This document shows, piece by piece, positions 15,189-27,886 of a stretch of 64,000 nucleotides of DNA. The notes beneath the pieces are model-generated. The model saw nothing but the letters and a program-made list of their open reading frames with translations, did not search any database and was not told where the DNA came from. The DNA lies in assembly GCF_009914755.1 (NCBI RefSeq), contig NC_060947.1, one strand, 5' to 3'. The DNA comes from the human T2T-CHM13v2.0 reference genome, Homo sapiens. The translations under genes and the position numbers were made by a program. Every line of letters starts with the position of its first letter. Position 1 is the stretch's first letter.

Positions 15189-17002
15189 TCCATAGTAGAA
15201 AGGAAAAGGTAAAACTATCTATTTGCAGATCACACAATTCTATATAGAGAAAATTCCAAAGAATCTAAGAGAAAGCTTCTAGAGCTGTAAACAAATTCAG
15301 CAAAGTTGCAGGGTACAAGATCAACAAACAAAAATAAGTTGTGTTTCTATATAGCAGCAAAAAACAAACCAAAAAATAAATTAAGAAAGCAGTACCACTT
15401 ACAATAACCCCTAAAATAATTGAATACCTAGGAATAAATCTAATCAAGGAGGTTAAAAACTTGTATACTGAAAGCTATAAAACATTGCTCAAAGAAACTG
15501 GAAAATATCCAAAGAAATTAAAAAAGAAAAACAACAACAACCCTGTGTATGCATAGGAATACAACATCGGTAGGATGCCAATACTATTCAAAATGATCTA
15601 CATATTTAATGCAGTCCCTATTAGAATTCCAACAGCCTTTTTCACAGAAATAGAAAAGCTGATCCTCACATTCATATGGAATTCCAAGGGGCCCCAAATA
15701 GCCAAAACAATCTTGAAAACAAAGAATAATATTGGAGGACTCACACTTCCTGACTTTGAAACTTATTAGAAAGCTACAGCAGTTAATACTGTAGGGTAGT
15801 GACAAAAGGACAGACATATAGACCAAGGGAACAGAATAGAGACCTCAGAAACAAACCCTCACATATCTGACCCATTGATACAAGGGTTCTATGACCATTC
15901 ATGGGGAAAAGGACCGTCTTTTCAACAAACAGTACTAGGGAAACTGAATATCCATATGCAAAATAATGAAGTTGGACCCTTAACTTCACATCATGTACAA
16001 AATGTAACTCAAAATAGATCAAATACCTCAACATAAGTGCTAAACCTATAAAACTCTTAGAAGAAACATGGGAAATCTTCAAGACATTGAATTTGGCAAT
16101 GATTTCTTGGATATAACACCAAAAGCACAAGTGACAAAAGAATGAATAAATTGGACTTTATCAAAAATAAAATCTTTTGTATGTGAAAGGGCAATATCAA
16201 GAGTAAAAAGGCAACCCATGGAATGGGAGAAAGTATTTGGAAATAACATCTGATAAGGGATTAATATCCAGACTATATAAAGGACTCCTACAACTCAACA
16301 ACAAAAAACCAACTCAATTCCAAAATGTGTAAATATCATAAATAGACACTTCTCAAAGAAGATATACAATGGGTCAATAAGCACATGAAAAGGTGTTCAA
16401 CATCACTAATCATTAGTGCAATGCACATCAAAACACAATGAGATATCACTTCATACCGACTAGGATGGGTATTACAAAAAAACAAAAATAAGTGTTGGTG
16501 AGGATGTGGAGAAATTAGAACCCTTGTGCTTTGCTAATGAGAATGTAAAATGATGCAGCTGTTGTGGAAAACAGTATGGAAGCTCCTCAGAAAAACCCCC
16601 AAATTATCATATGATCCAGCTATTCCACTTTTAGGTACGTGCCCAAAATAATGAAAGCAGCAACTCAGACAGATACTTGTACACCAATGTTTCACAGCAG
16701 CATTATTCACAATAGCCAAAATTTGGAAACAGTCAAAATAAACAAAATGATATATATATCTCACATTATATATATACACAATGGAATGTTATTCAGCTTT
16801 GAAAAGGAAAGAAATTCAGATACAGGCTACAACTTGGATGAAACTTGAAACATTATGCTAAGTGAAATAAGGCAGACACACAAGGACAAATATATATTTC
16901 CAGTCATATGAGGTACCTAGAATAGACAAATTTGTAGAGATAGAAAGTAGAATAGTAGTTATGAGAGCCTAGGGGGAGGGAGGTCGGCAATGGGGATTTA
17001 TT

Positions 17003-17274
17003 TTTTTTAATTTATTTTTTTAATTTTTAAATTTTATTTATTTATTTTCTTATTATTATACTTTAAGTTTTAGGGTACATGTGCACAATGTGCAGGTTTG
17101 TTACATATGTACACATGTGCCATGTTGGTGTACTGCACCCATTAACTCGTCATTTAGCATTAGGCATATCTCCTAATGCTATCCTTCCCCCCTCCCCCCA
17201 CCCCACAACAGTCCCCGGAGTGTGATGTTCCCCTTCCTGTGTCCATGTGTTCTCATTGTTCAATTCCCACCTAT
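17003..17274 (-). mobile_element. 5'-truncated L1PA 3' end inserted in the L1M 3'UTR
   Basis: ttattatactttaagttttagggtacatgtgcac...; TSD GGATTTATT at 16994-17002 and 17275-17283. Confidence 0.9.
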
Positions 17275-17696
17275 GGATTTATTGTTTAATGATTACAGAG
17301 TTTCAGCTGGGTGATGAAAATGTCTGGAGATGGATAGTGGTGCTGGTTGCACAACAATGGATGTATTGAATGTCACTGAATTATACAGTTACAAATAGTT
17401 AAAATGATATGTGTATTTAATCACATTTTTTAAAAGTTTGTGACAATAGGTAAGAGTAAACAAAAATCAAATATCTCACCGGCCTCTATACAAGTACATA
17501 AGGACATTTTAAGATAAAAACAGGACTGAGGACATTATGAAATTACTGCAATTTAAATATATACTGAAATCCTAAGGCAGGATGCTGGAGTATACAAAGT
17601 ATTTTGTTGTTTGTTGTTTATGATTGTTACATATTATCCTGAGCAGTATTTTTCTAACTACAATGAAATAGTGTAGGGGCATTATCTCAACATAGT

Positions 17697-17925
17697 ACAG
17701 ATTGAGTATCTCTTATCCAAAATTCTTGGGACAAGAAGTGTTTTGAATGTCTGATTTTTTTTGATTTTTAAAATATGTCATTATATACTCAACAGTTGAG
17801 CATCCCTAATCTGAAATCTGAAATGTTCCAATGAACATTTCCTTTGAGTGTAATGCCAGTGCTCAAAAAGTTTCTGATTTTGGAGCATTTCAGATTTCAG
17901 ATTATCAGGTTAGGGATGCTCATTT
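17697..17925. mobile_element. Tigger4/MER46-type DNA element
   Basis: cagattgagtatctcttatccaaaa...ttagggatgctca termini. Confidence 0.6.
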
Positions 17926-18822
17926 TGTTATGCTGTTTCAGTTTGAGTACTGCTTTCATAGAGTGTACATTACTTTCAACTTTGTATTTCTTACTATTTC
18001 TTTTAAGCCAACAAAATTACTATTTAGTTAACATTCTAGTGGTGTTAATTACCAAGTATAAGAACATAAGTATCATCACATAAGACAACTGATCCATGAT
18101 CTATGCAGTTCAGAATTCTATTTCTGACCAAGGCACTAAGACTAGTTTGTTAGGGCATGGCGCAAAAGACTCCACAAAACATCCCATAACTTCCTTCTGA
18201 ATCTGTCACCCAGTATTATAGTGAAACCATTTATCTCCTTGGTAGAATGTTCTCAGTTTATTACATGCATTCTGAAGTATTCAACTTCAAGGAGTTATCC
18301 TTCATCAATTCTTCTAGATTTTGATAACTGTCTTCACCTAGTCTTTGCCATTTGTAATTTTATATACATCAATAATCTTTTCATCTTCATATTTACTGCC
18401 TAAAATGTTCCAATTCAGAAATCACTAGCCTATCCTATTAATCTTGATGACTATCAAAATGTAGTAAATACTTTGAAAATATTTTAAATCATTTTGCTTT
18501 TATCAATTTCCTTGTATCAAGTTACTACCAACATACTGGGTGTTAAATTATACTTTTTTGACCAGTAACACTCCTCATTTTACATTCTGAAAACCAGCTG
18601 AAGTCTATTGGAGCTGTAAAGGTGTAAGAGCTCTTAAGTATCATTTTTGTACTAAAAATAAGGAAAATAAAATAGTGGAGCACTGACAAAGCTATCAAAT
18701 TTATGTCCTGCACATGTTAGTAATGGTGTCATCTTTATGTACCAAGAACAATAGCTTCCACATATCTAAGTAGTACTGTGTGTTTCTTTTTCTTGCTCTG
18801 AAAATACCACAAAACACCTTAC

Positions 18823-18874
18823 CAGCTGCTGTTAACTCCATTGCATCTAGCATGTTTTCACAGGCAGCCAATTC
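18823..18874 (-). CDS. SATL1: SATL1 coding exon 2 (ELAACENMLDAMELTAA)
   Basis: 52 nt, tgacAG acceptor and G|GTAAGG donor; frame continues from the previous exon. Confidence 0.93.
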
Positions 18875-19569
18875 CTGTCAAAGTAGATAAAACCTTCAGT
18901 TTATGATTTAGCAATAAATTATTAAGATGATAATCATCATAAAATTTGTATTAAACATTTATTGACATGTGACGTCCTGGGCAGTGTTAAAAGTGAGTCA
19001 GACTTAATCCCAGTCATCTAGAAACAAAATCTACAACAGTAATGCAACGAAAGGATGTATAAATATTATTAAAGAGAGAGATTAACTATGTTTATACCTC
19101 ACACATATGAATGTTAATTATCCAGATTAGTAACCTTGAATGCAGCCAGAAACTGAGAAGTAAGGCAAAAAAAGTTACTGAGCATTCAAGGCAGCTGTCA
19201 TAAAGTTTATGTATTATGAAGCTCATAGGCTTTACAGAGAAGTCTCTCAGGTGTTTGCCTATGAAATGTTTTTGCCAGTTTAACCTGAGGCTTTTTTATT
19301 GTGGCTTTTTACTATATCATTTTATTTTACATACTCAGGTTCTTTCCTTCATGGTTTATATCTCAAGCTTGAAAAGCAAAAAATATTCACTCGTTTTCTT
19401 TTTAAGATCATAATATTAATAATTGATTTGTTCAACTTTTTTTGGTGTAAGAAGTTAGGTACAATTTCACCTTTATCTTTTCCTCCCAATAGTCCCAACA
19501 GCACTTACTGAATAACCCATCTTGGCTGACTTGACATGTCCCTTTTATCATATACTACATCCTCATTTA

Positions 19570-19905
19570 CAGTCATCCCTTTGTATCCATGGGAGATTAG
19601 TTTCAGGACCTGCTCCCTCAGCCCCAGGATACCAAAATCTGAGAGTGTTCAAGCCCCTTATATAGCAGAGTATTTGCATGTACCCTATGTACATCCTCTC
19701 ATATATTTTAAATCATCTCTGGATTACTTACAATATCTAATACAATGTAAATATTATGTAAATAGTTATACTGTATTGTATAGGGAATAATGACAAGAAA
19801 AAAGTCTGTACATGTTCAGTACGGTTGCAATTTTTACAAATATTTTCAATCCATGGTTGTTTGAATCTACAGATGCAGAAGCCATGGATACAGAAGGCTG
19901 ACTGC
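19570..19905. mobile_element. MER2 (Tigger-family) element
   Basis: Terminal inverted repeats cagtcatccctttgtatccatgg / ccatggatacagaaggctgactg. Confidence 0.75.
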
Positions 19906-22286
19906 ATACTTAAGAGAACTTCTGGACTCTCCATTCTGTCCCATTGATCTATCTTTCCACTAGTTACCATAGTATTTTAATTACTTACAGTTTTATAATA
20001 TCTGGTATAGATCATCTCCCCTCATTACTCTTCTTTTTTGAATTTTTAAAATGTTTCTATGTGAAAATTTGGAGATTTTGACTGGAATTGCATTAAACTT
20101 TTAATGGAAAAAAGCTTTTAAAATACAGGAGAACCCCAAGGGCCAGATTACATAGAGCATTAGTAAGAAGTTTGGATTTTATTCTCAAGGCAACCAGAAG
20201 CTCAATGGAGTTTTAAGCATTTTGGCTGCTGTGTAGAGAATGGATTGGTCAGGGAGGACAATATTTATGTCGATACCTCCTCTAAGACACTGTAAGCTCC
20301 TTGAGGGTAGAGAGAGACTGTAATCCAAGAATCCTTATATCTTTTATACTACTTGGTATATAATCTTCCCCTAATATGCATTCAATGTTTGTATAATGAA
20401 CAAAAATAAAATATTAATATGACCCAGCACCATCTGTGGTTCACCAATGGTCCAAAACCACACTTTAAGGACCACCACAATAAAAAGCTTTAGAAATTCT
20501 GGTAAGCAAGAAGTATGGCTGCCTGGCAATGAAATGACTAGGCTCCCAAATAATGCTGTGATGTGCTGATTGAGAATAGTATAAAATGAGTTCATACAGA
20601 GGATACTTGGAATGGGACAGTCAATAAAACCTGTAATATATTCAGCTAAGCAATTACTGTGATTGCAAACTCTAATAAACTCCTCTGCAAGGAGAGAATG
20701 TTTTGCAAACTTAGCAATGAACAGGAGTTAGGACAAATGGACATAAAATATTAAGAAGAACATAAAACTCAAAGCCAATTAGTCACTATATACATGTATG
20801 TGAGAGAGTAATTTAGCTTTTCTATTATTTTTCCACAATGAATACTCATTAAAATTACTCCCAATAAACATCTTATGTATTATCAGATACATGTGGCAAA
20901 TTAAAAAGTAAATGTGGCCAGAAACCCTTCAGATAGTTTCATTGAAATGGGGTAATCTAGTGATGTATTATTCCCTTGGTGATGACAATGGGCATTGCTT
21001 GGAAAGCTAGGAAAAGTGCATTTGTCCAGGTAAAGAGATTAATTGTCATTCAACAATAAATTTATTAATTGCCGACCGAGTGTCAGATGCTAGAACTACA
21101 AAAAACTCTTTAAAAAATGTTTTCTACCACCTGGAAGAATGTGGATCTGTAATAATCTCTTGGGCATAGTATTTTGATAGGTTATCTAATCATTCAGATT
21201 AATGCCAGTTAGAGAAATGATGTGAGAATTTGTGGAAATGGAATAGAATGTAAGCCATAAAAGGATAGGTAACCCAATTCTTACAGATCTGTAACCAGGC
21301 CTAGAATCACTTCAACAGGTGGATTTCACTAGAAAACTATGGGTATTTTATTTTGGCCATTAAAACACACTCTCCAAAGGGAACACAAACTTGGCCTGAT
21401 TTAGATAAGATTTAAATATATTAGTGAGGATATTATTAAAACATTTTCATTACAAAACACTTATGAGGGCTGCGTATCTACAATCTATGCCTTGCTCCAG
21501 CCACATATTTACTCCATAAAGAACATGGTTTACAGCTTTATATGGAATTCTGTAGGTTGTCCATCACATAAATGAGTGCTTTCAGCACCACAGAACTTCA
21601 GCACAGTAACTGTGACTACTAGATAGCTTGTCCCTTTAATTAACTGGAATGATTTCCAAGGGAGCCATTAAAATAAACATTTAAATGAGAAATATGTAAC
21701 CCAGCTCCTTGGCTCCTGGGGGCTGTCTGTGGATGGGCTTCAGTGATCAATGAACTGTCTGAAAATGTATGGAAAATTTGTTGCATGTGAATATTGTTTT
21801 TTAGGTAGCTGATCATCAGTTTCTACAAGTAGGTGTGGCCTTAGAAGCAATGCGACTCCCTACCGCAAAATCCTAGCCACTAAAATATGAAATTCTATCA
21901 TCGGTGGGTCATTTGTTTAAGGTAAGCATTTCTTTTCTCTAAGACACTCTTTTAAAGTTAAAATTTCCCCAGGAAAGAGAACACATTCAGTCCCTAAAAT
22001 TTCCAGGAATTGGTTCCCCTATAACTTTTTGAGCCCCTTACTATATGCCAAGCAATTTATATGTAATCATTTTATGTTATTGTTTCATAACAACAATCTT
22101 TTGAGATATATATTGTTATAATCTTGATTTTAGATGCAGAAAATGAAGAGTAAAGAGGTTAAGTAACTACCAGAGGTTATGAACACATAACTAGCAGAGG
22201 CAGAATTCGAACCCCAACTATGCCTCCCTTACTCTTTCAGCCCTACACCAATGCCATGAGGCTCCATGTAATAAAAATAGGCTTAC

Positions 22287-23927
22287 TTTAATCAGTCGCA
22301 AAATTTCTGGGCAGTCTCCAGCCTCTGCATGTCTTATTTGAAAGTAATCCATGCTTGTTTGCCTCATGCCCATTTGGCTCACACTTGGTTGGCTCCTGCC
22401 TGGTTGACTCAGGCCTGGTTGGCTCAGCACTAATTGGTTCAGGTCTTGTTGGCTCAGGCCTGGCTGACTCGGCCCCGGTTCCCATATGCCTGGTTGGCCC
22501 CTGCCTGGATGGCTCATGCCTGTTTGGTTCTTACTTGATTGGCTAGTGCCTGGTTGTCTCATGCCTAGTTGGCTGGGGACTTGCTGGCTCATGCCTGGTT
22601 GCCACATGCCTCGTTGCCACATGCCTGGTGGACTCTTGTTTGGTTGCCTCGGGACTGGTTGGCTCAGGCCTGTTTGCCATGTGCCTGGTTGGCTCATGCC
22701 TATTTGGCTTGTGCCTGATTGGCTGGTGCCTACTTGTCTCATGCTTGGTTGGCTCCCACCTGACTGTCTCATGTCTAGTTGCCACATCACTGGTTGGCTT
22801 ATACCTGATTGGTTTGTGCCTGCTTGGCTCGTGCTTGATTGTCTGGGGCCTGATTGGCTTGGGGCTCGTTGCGGTGGACCTGGTTGGCTTATGCTTGCTT
22901 CACTCAGGACTAGTTCGCTCAGGCTTTGTGGCCACATGCCTGGTTGGCTCCTACCTAATTGCCATGTGCCTGGTTGTTTCATGCCAGGTTGGTTTATGTC
23001 TGGTAGGTTTGTACCTGATTGCCTCATGCCAGCTTGGCTCATGCTTGGTTGTTTCATGTCCACTTGGTTCATTTCATATAGGCTTGCACTCCATTGGTTC
23101 ATGTCCATTTGGTTCATACCAAGTAAGCTTGGGCTTGGCTGGATTATACCTGTTTGGTTGGAATCTGATAAACTTGATTGGTTTGCGTCTGGTTGGCTCA
23201 TGTCTGTTTGGTTCTTACATGATTGGCTAGTGTCTGGTTGCCTTATGCCTGGTTGGCTGGGGACTTGCTGGCTCATGCCTGGTTGACTCATGTCTGGGTG
23301 GCTTGGGACTTGCTGGCTGATGCCTGGTTGTTGCACGCCTGGTTGCCACATGCCTGGTGGACTCATGTTTGGTTGCCTCAGGACTGGTTGGCTCAGTCCT
23401 GTTTGCCATGTGCCTGGTTGGCTCATGCCTATTTGGCTTGTGCCTAATTGGCTGGTGCCTACTTGTCTCATGCTTGGTTGGCTCCCACCTGACTGGCTGT
23501 CTAGTTGCTGCATCACTGGTTGGCTCATACCTGATTGGTTCGTGCCTATTTGCCTCATGCGTGATTGGCTGGGGCCTGATTGGCTTGGGCCTGGTTGCGA
23601 TGGGTCTGGTTGGCTTATGCCTGCTTTGCTCAGGACTAGTTGGCTCAGTTCTTGTTGCAGCATGCCTGGTTGGCTCCTACCTAATTGCCATGTGTCTGGT
23701 TGTTTCATGTCGGGTTGGTTTATGTCTGGTAGGTTTGTACCTGATTGCCTCATGCCAGCTTGGCTCATGCTTGGTTGTTTCATGTCCACTTGGTTCATTT
23801 CATATAGGCTTGCACTCCCTTGGTTCATGTCCATTTGGTTCATACCAAGTGAGTTTGTGCTTGGCTGGTTTATGCCTGCTTGGTTCGAGTCTGATAAACT
23901 TGATTGGTTCGTGCCTGATTGGTTCAT
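22287..23927 (-). CDS. SATL1: SATL1 first coding exon: about 525-aa Q/S/P/G/M repeat region plus start of the GNAT domain (MDYFQIRHAEAGDCPEILRLIK)
   Basis: ORF 22218-23927. The 547 codons end at AAA|GTAAGC (donor 22286-22285). The final 22 aa resemble SAT1 [22 protein letters not shown]. Confidence 0.95.
22505..23912 (-). repeat. SATL1: Coding 15-bp repeat array (consensus about AGC CAA CCA GGC ATG = SQPGM) with a 0.7-kb tandem duplication
   Basis: TCTGATAAACTTGATTGG recurs at 23890 and 23164 (offset 726); GTTCTTAC recurs at 23211 and 22527 (offset 684). Confidence 0.92.
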
Positions 23928-24239
23928 GCCCAGTTGATTCCTGCTTTGTTGACTAAGGATGGGGTGGCAGATGATGGGTTGGCAGACAACTGATTGGCTG
24001 ATGGCTGTCTTGATGGAACAGAATCCCTTAACTGTGCTGTGGTGGGAGGTTGTTGGCTGTTCCCAGTTCTTCTCAATTTGATTCGCCCACTTTGAGATAC
24101 CCCTCTATCAAGGTGGGAATTGGAAAAAGAGAGGAGCACCTCAGGAAGATTATTAATGCCTCCGGTTTGCTGGAGTTGACTTCACCAGCGACCACAGCTG
24201 CAAGCTTGGCTGAGTTTCAGGTTGTCATCTGGCCTTTCC
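23928..24239 (-). other. SATL1: SATL1 5'UTR part of the first coding exon, with a strong acceptor at 24241-24240
   Basis: Minus strand reads ttttcgtcttccctttacttccccccttttggcAG|GGAAAGG, implying upstream non-coding exon(s). Confidence 0.7.
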
Positions 24240-24661
24240 CTGCCAAAAGGGGGGAAGTAAAGGGAAGACGAAAATGATCCTGGAGGAGTATAACCACCAG
24301 CCCGCCCCTGCATGGTCACTGCATCATAATGGCGGTCACAATGCAGGTATCAAAGTGCCTACGTGCTCCCCCGTGTGGTGAGGGTGGGGCAAAGCAGGGC
24401 TCGCTTGACCACTTTATTTCATCCTCTCTTAAGAGCTTAAAATGGTGAAGCAAGAGGCTATAATGAGTCTCAGAGCTTATGCTTGGCACTCCCAAGAGTC
24501 CCTGCTGTTTTAGCCAATTCAAAGAAACTTGCCGCAACTCCCCTCCCTTTCCCTTCATCCCATTATTCAAATAATTCAATTCCTATTTCCGTCCTCATTT
24601 TTCACTTACACTGGAAACTAGTTGTCCCGATGAAGTGCTCAAGTCTCGAATGCAGATACTA

Positions 24662-25005
<344 letters not shown>

Positions 25006-25789
25006 TTACTGAGTTCCTTTATGGCCTAGGCTCAGTGGAATGTACGTTTCATTTTCTTATTCAATCCACATCAACACTATTATCCCCAATTCTGAGAAAA
25101 CTGACTCAAAAGATTTGGTTACCTCCCCAAGGCTTCGTAAAAGTTGGTGGAGAGCCTGAATTCAGACCCAGATCTATCTTTCCAGGCTTTTTATTATTAT
25201 TCGGTCCAGCCTCTTAAACACATTCCACTCGTTCTCCATCCTCATATCTGTGAGGTCAGGCATTTTGTCCTTTTACCTCTCCCCTCTGCAGGATTCATTC
25301 TCCCATCATTTTAACTGCTGGCTTACTTCCTCAACAATGTATATTATATAACTGGTTCTAATATTGTTTCAGATGGAATATTATTTATTTTTTAAATATA
25401 CCAGAGAACTTTGGATGAGGCTGTTCTAAGTCTCACGCTGTGATAAGGGCTTTACATATGTATTATCTCACTTAATCATCAAAATAACCCTGTGATGCAT
25501 GTACCGTTGTTCCCCATTTTATCAATAAACTGGAAGTCAAGTTAACTCAGTTCCCCAAGTGTAGTAAACGGAGGAATGGGGATGGGTATCCAAGGCCCAT
25601 CCCATAGATAGAAGCTTTCAATTTAAATTAGAGACCCCAATCACTATTAGGCCTATGCTAGCTCTAAATTGTACCTAGAGAGCCCATCTTAGCATGACAA
25701 GCAAATCAAGTCACATCGCGGAACTATGTCAAGCCTAATACAAATTAGATGTATGTGTGTTGCTGCTTTCCATCTACCTTATAATAAAA

Positions 25790-25970
25790 ACAAGAGCTAA
25801 TATTTAGTGAATTATTTCTGTGGTGTCAGGCATGGTTCTAAGGAACACTTGTATTAACCCAATCCTCATAACAATCCAATGAGGTAGGAGATAGTCTTAT
25901 CCCCATTTTTCAAGTAAAGAAACAGATTGAGAGAGGTTAAGTAACTTGACATAGGTCACACAGCTAAAAG
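25790..25970 (-). mobile_element. MIR
   Basis: aatcctcataacaatccaatgaggtag...aggttaagtaacttg...ggtcacacagct. Confidence 0.7.
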
Positions 25971-26880
25971 TCCAGACAAAACAAGGAAAACCCAGTTATT
26001 TTGTTTTCTTCTGAAATGCAGGCAAAGAGATGAGATAATTTTGCTGTTTACTTTACAAAATCAAACAATTTGCATAATTTGTTGTGAGAATGGATGAAGT
26101 TTGTCTTTTACTTTCTTAGAGGAAGAGGCAAGTAATAGGTTTCTGGTTGATGTCTTTAATAAGTAAAGTTAGAAAAATGCAGTTTCATAATCTAGAATTG
26201 GTTAATGAGTTTATTTTGCATTTTCTTTACATGAGTTGAAGACTATTTAGATATTTGTTTTTTGTTATTTTTAAATAATATTGGGTTTGAACATAATGCA
26301 TTTGTGTTTTTAACGGAACATACAAAAAATACATTTTTGCTTAAAGTTACTTATTAGAACAATTTGTCTCATCTTGGAAACTCAGAATAAGACTGGCTCC
26401 ATCAAACATTCAAAAATCCACTTTAATTGGTACACCATCAGGGAAAACATAGTTTTTAATAGACTATTTTTTAAAAAGCTTCAGTAGTCAGTCTTTGCCA
26501 CAAGGCGGCAGTGTTATCCAGTTTAGGAACCAAAAATCTAAGAAATATTGTAAGCTTGTTTATTTTAATTTGAAGTTTTCTTTTATTCCAGGTATTAACA
26601 GAAAATTTATAAAAGCCTAATTTTAGTTTTAACATACTATTTTATTAAAGATCTAGTTTAGGTAGTGAGGTTTGTAGGCCAAGACTTCCCAAATTCTTTT
26701 TCTAAAACTTCAAAATGTACATGCATTGTCTGCTCTACCAAAATGTTTTGAATTAATGTAACATATGAAGCCACCCCTCAGAGATCTATAATACATACAA
26801 TCCCCTTTTTCTGTAGGTGCTAAGTAAAATCCAGACACTTTTAGTAGCAGAATGTATCCAAATCATGAGACAACGAAGTA

Positions 26881-27886
<1,006 letters not shown>

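Noticed and set aside
22355-23956. Long Trp/Cys/Leu-rich + strand ORFs (266, 215, 200, 199 aa) opposite SATL1
   Set aside because: They are shadows of the 15-bp coding repeat, whose reverse frames rarely contain stops; there is no independent evidence of a gene.
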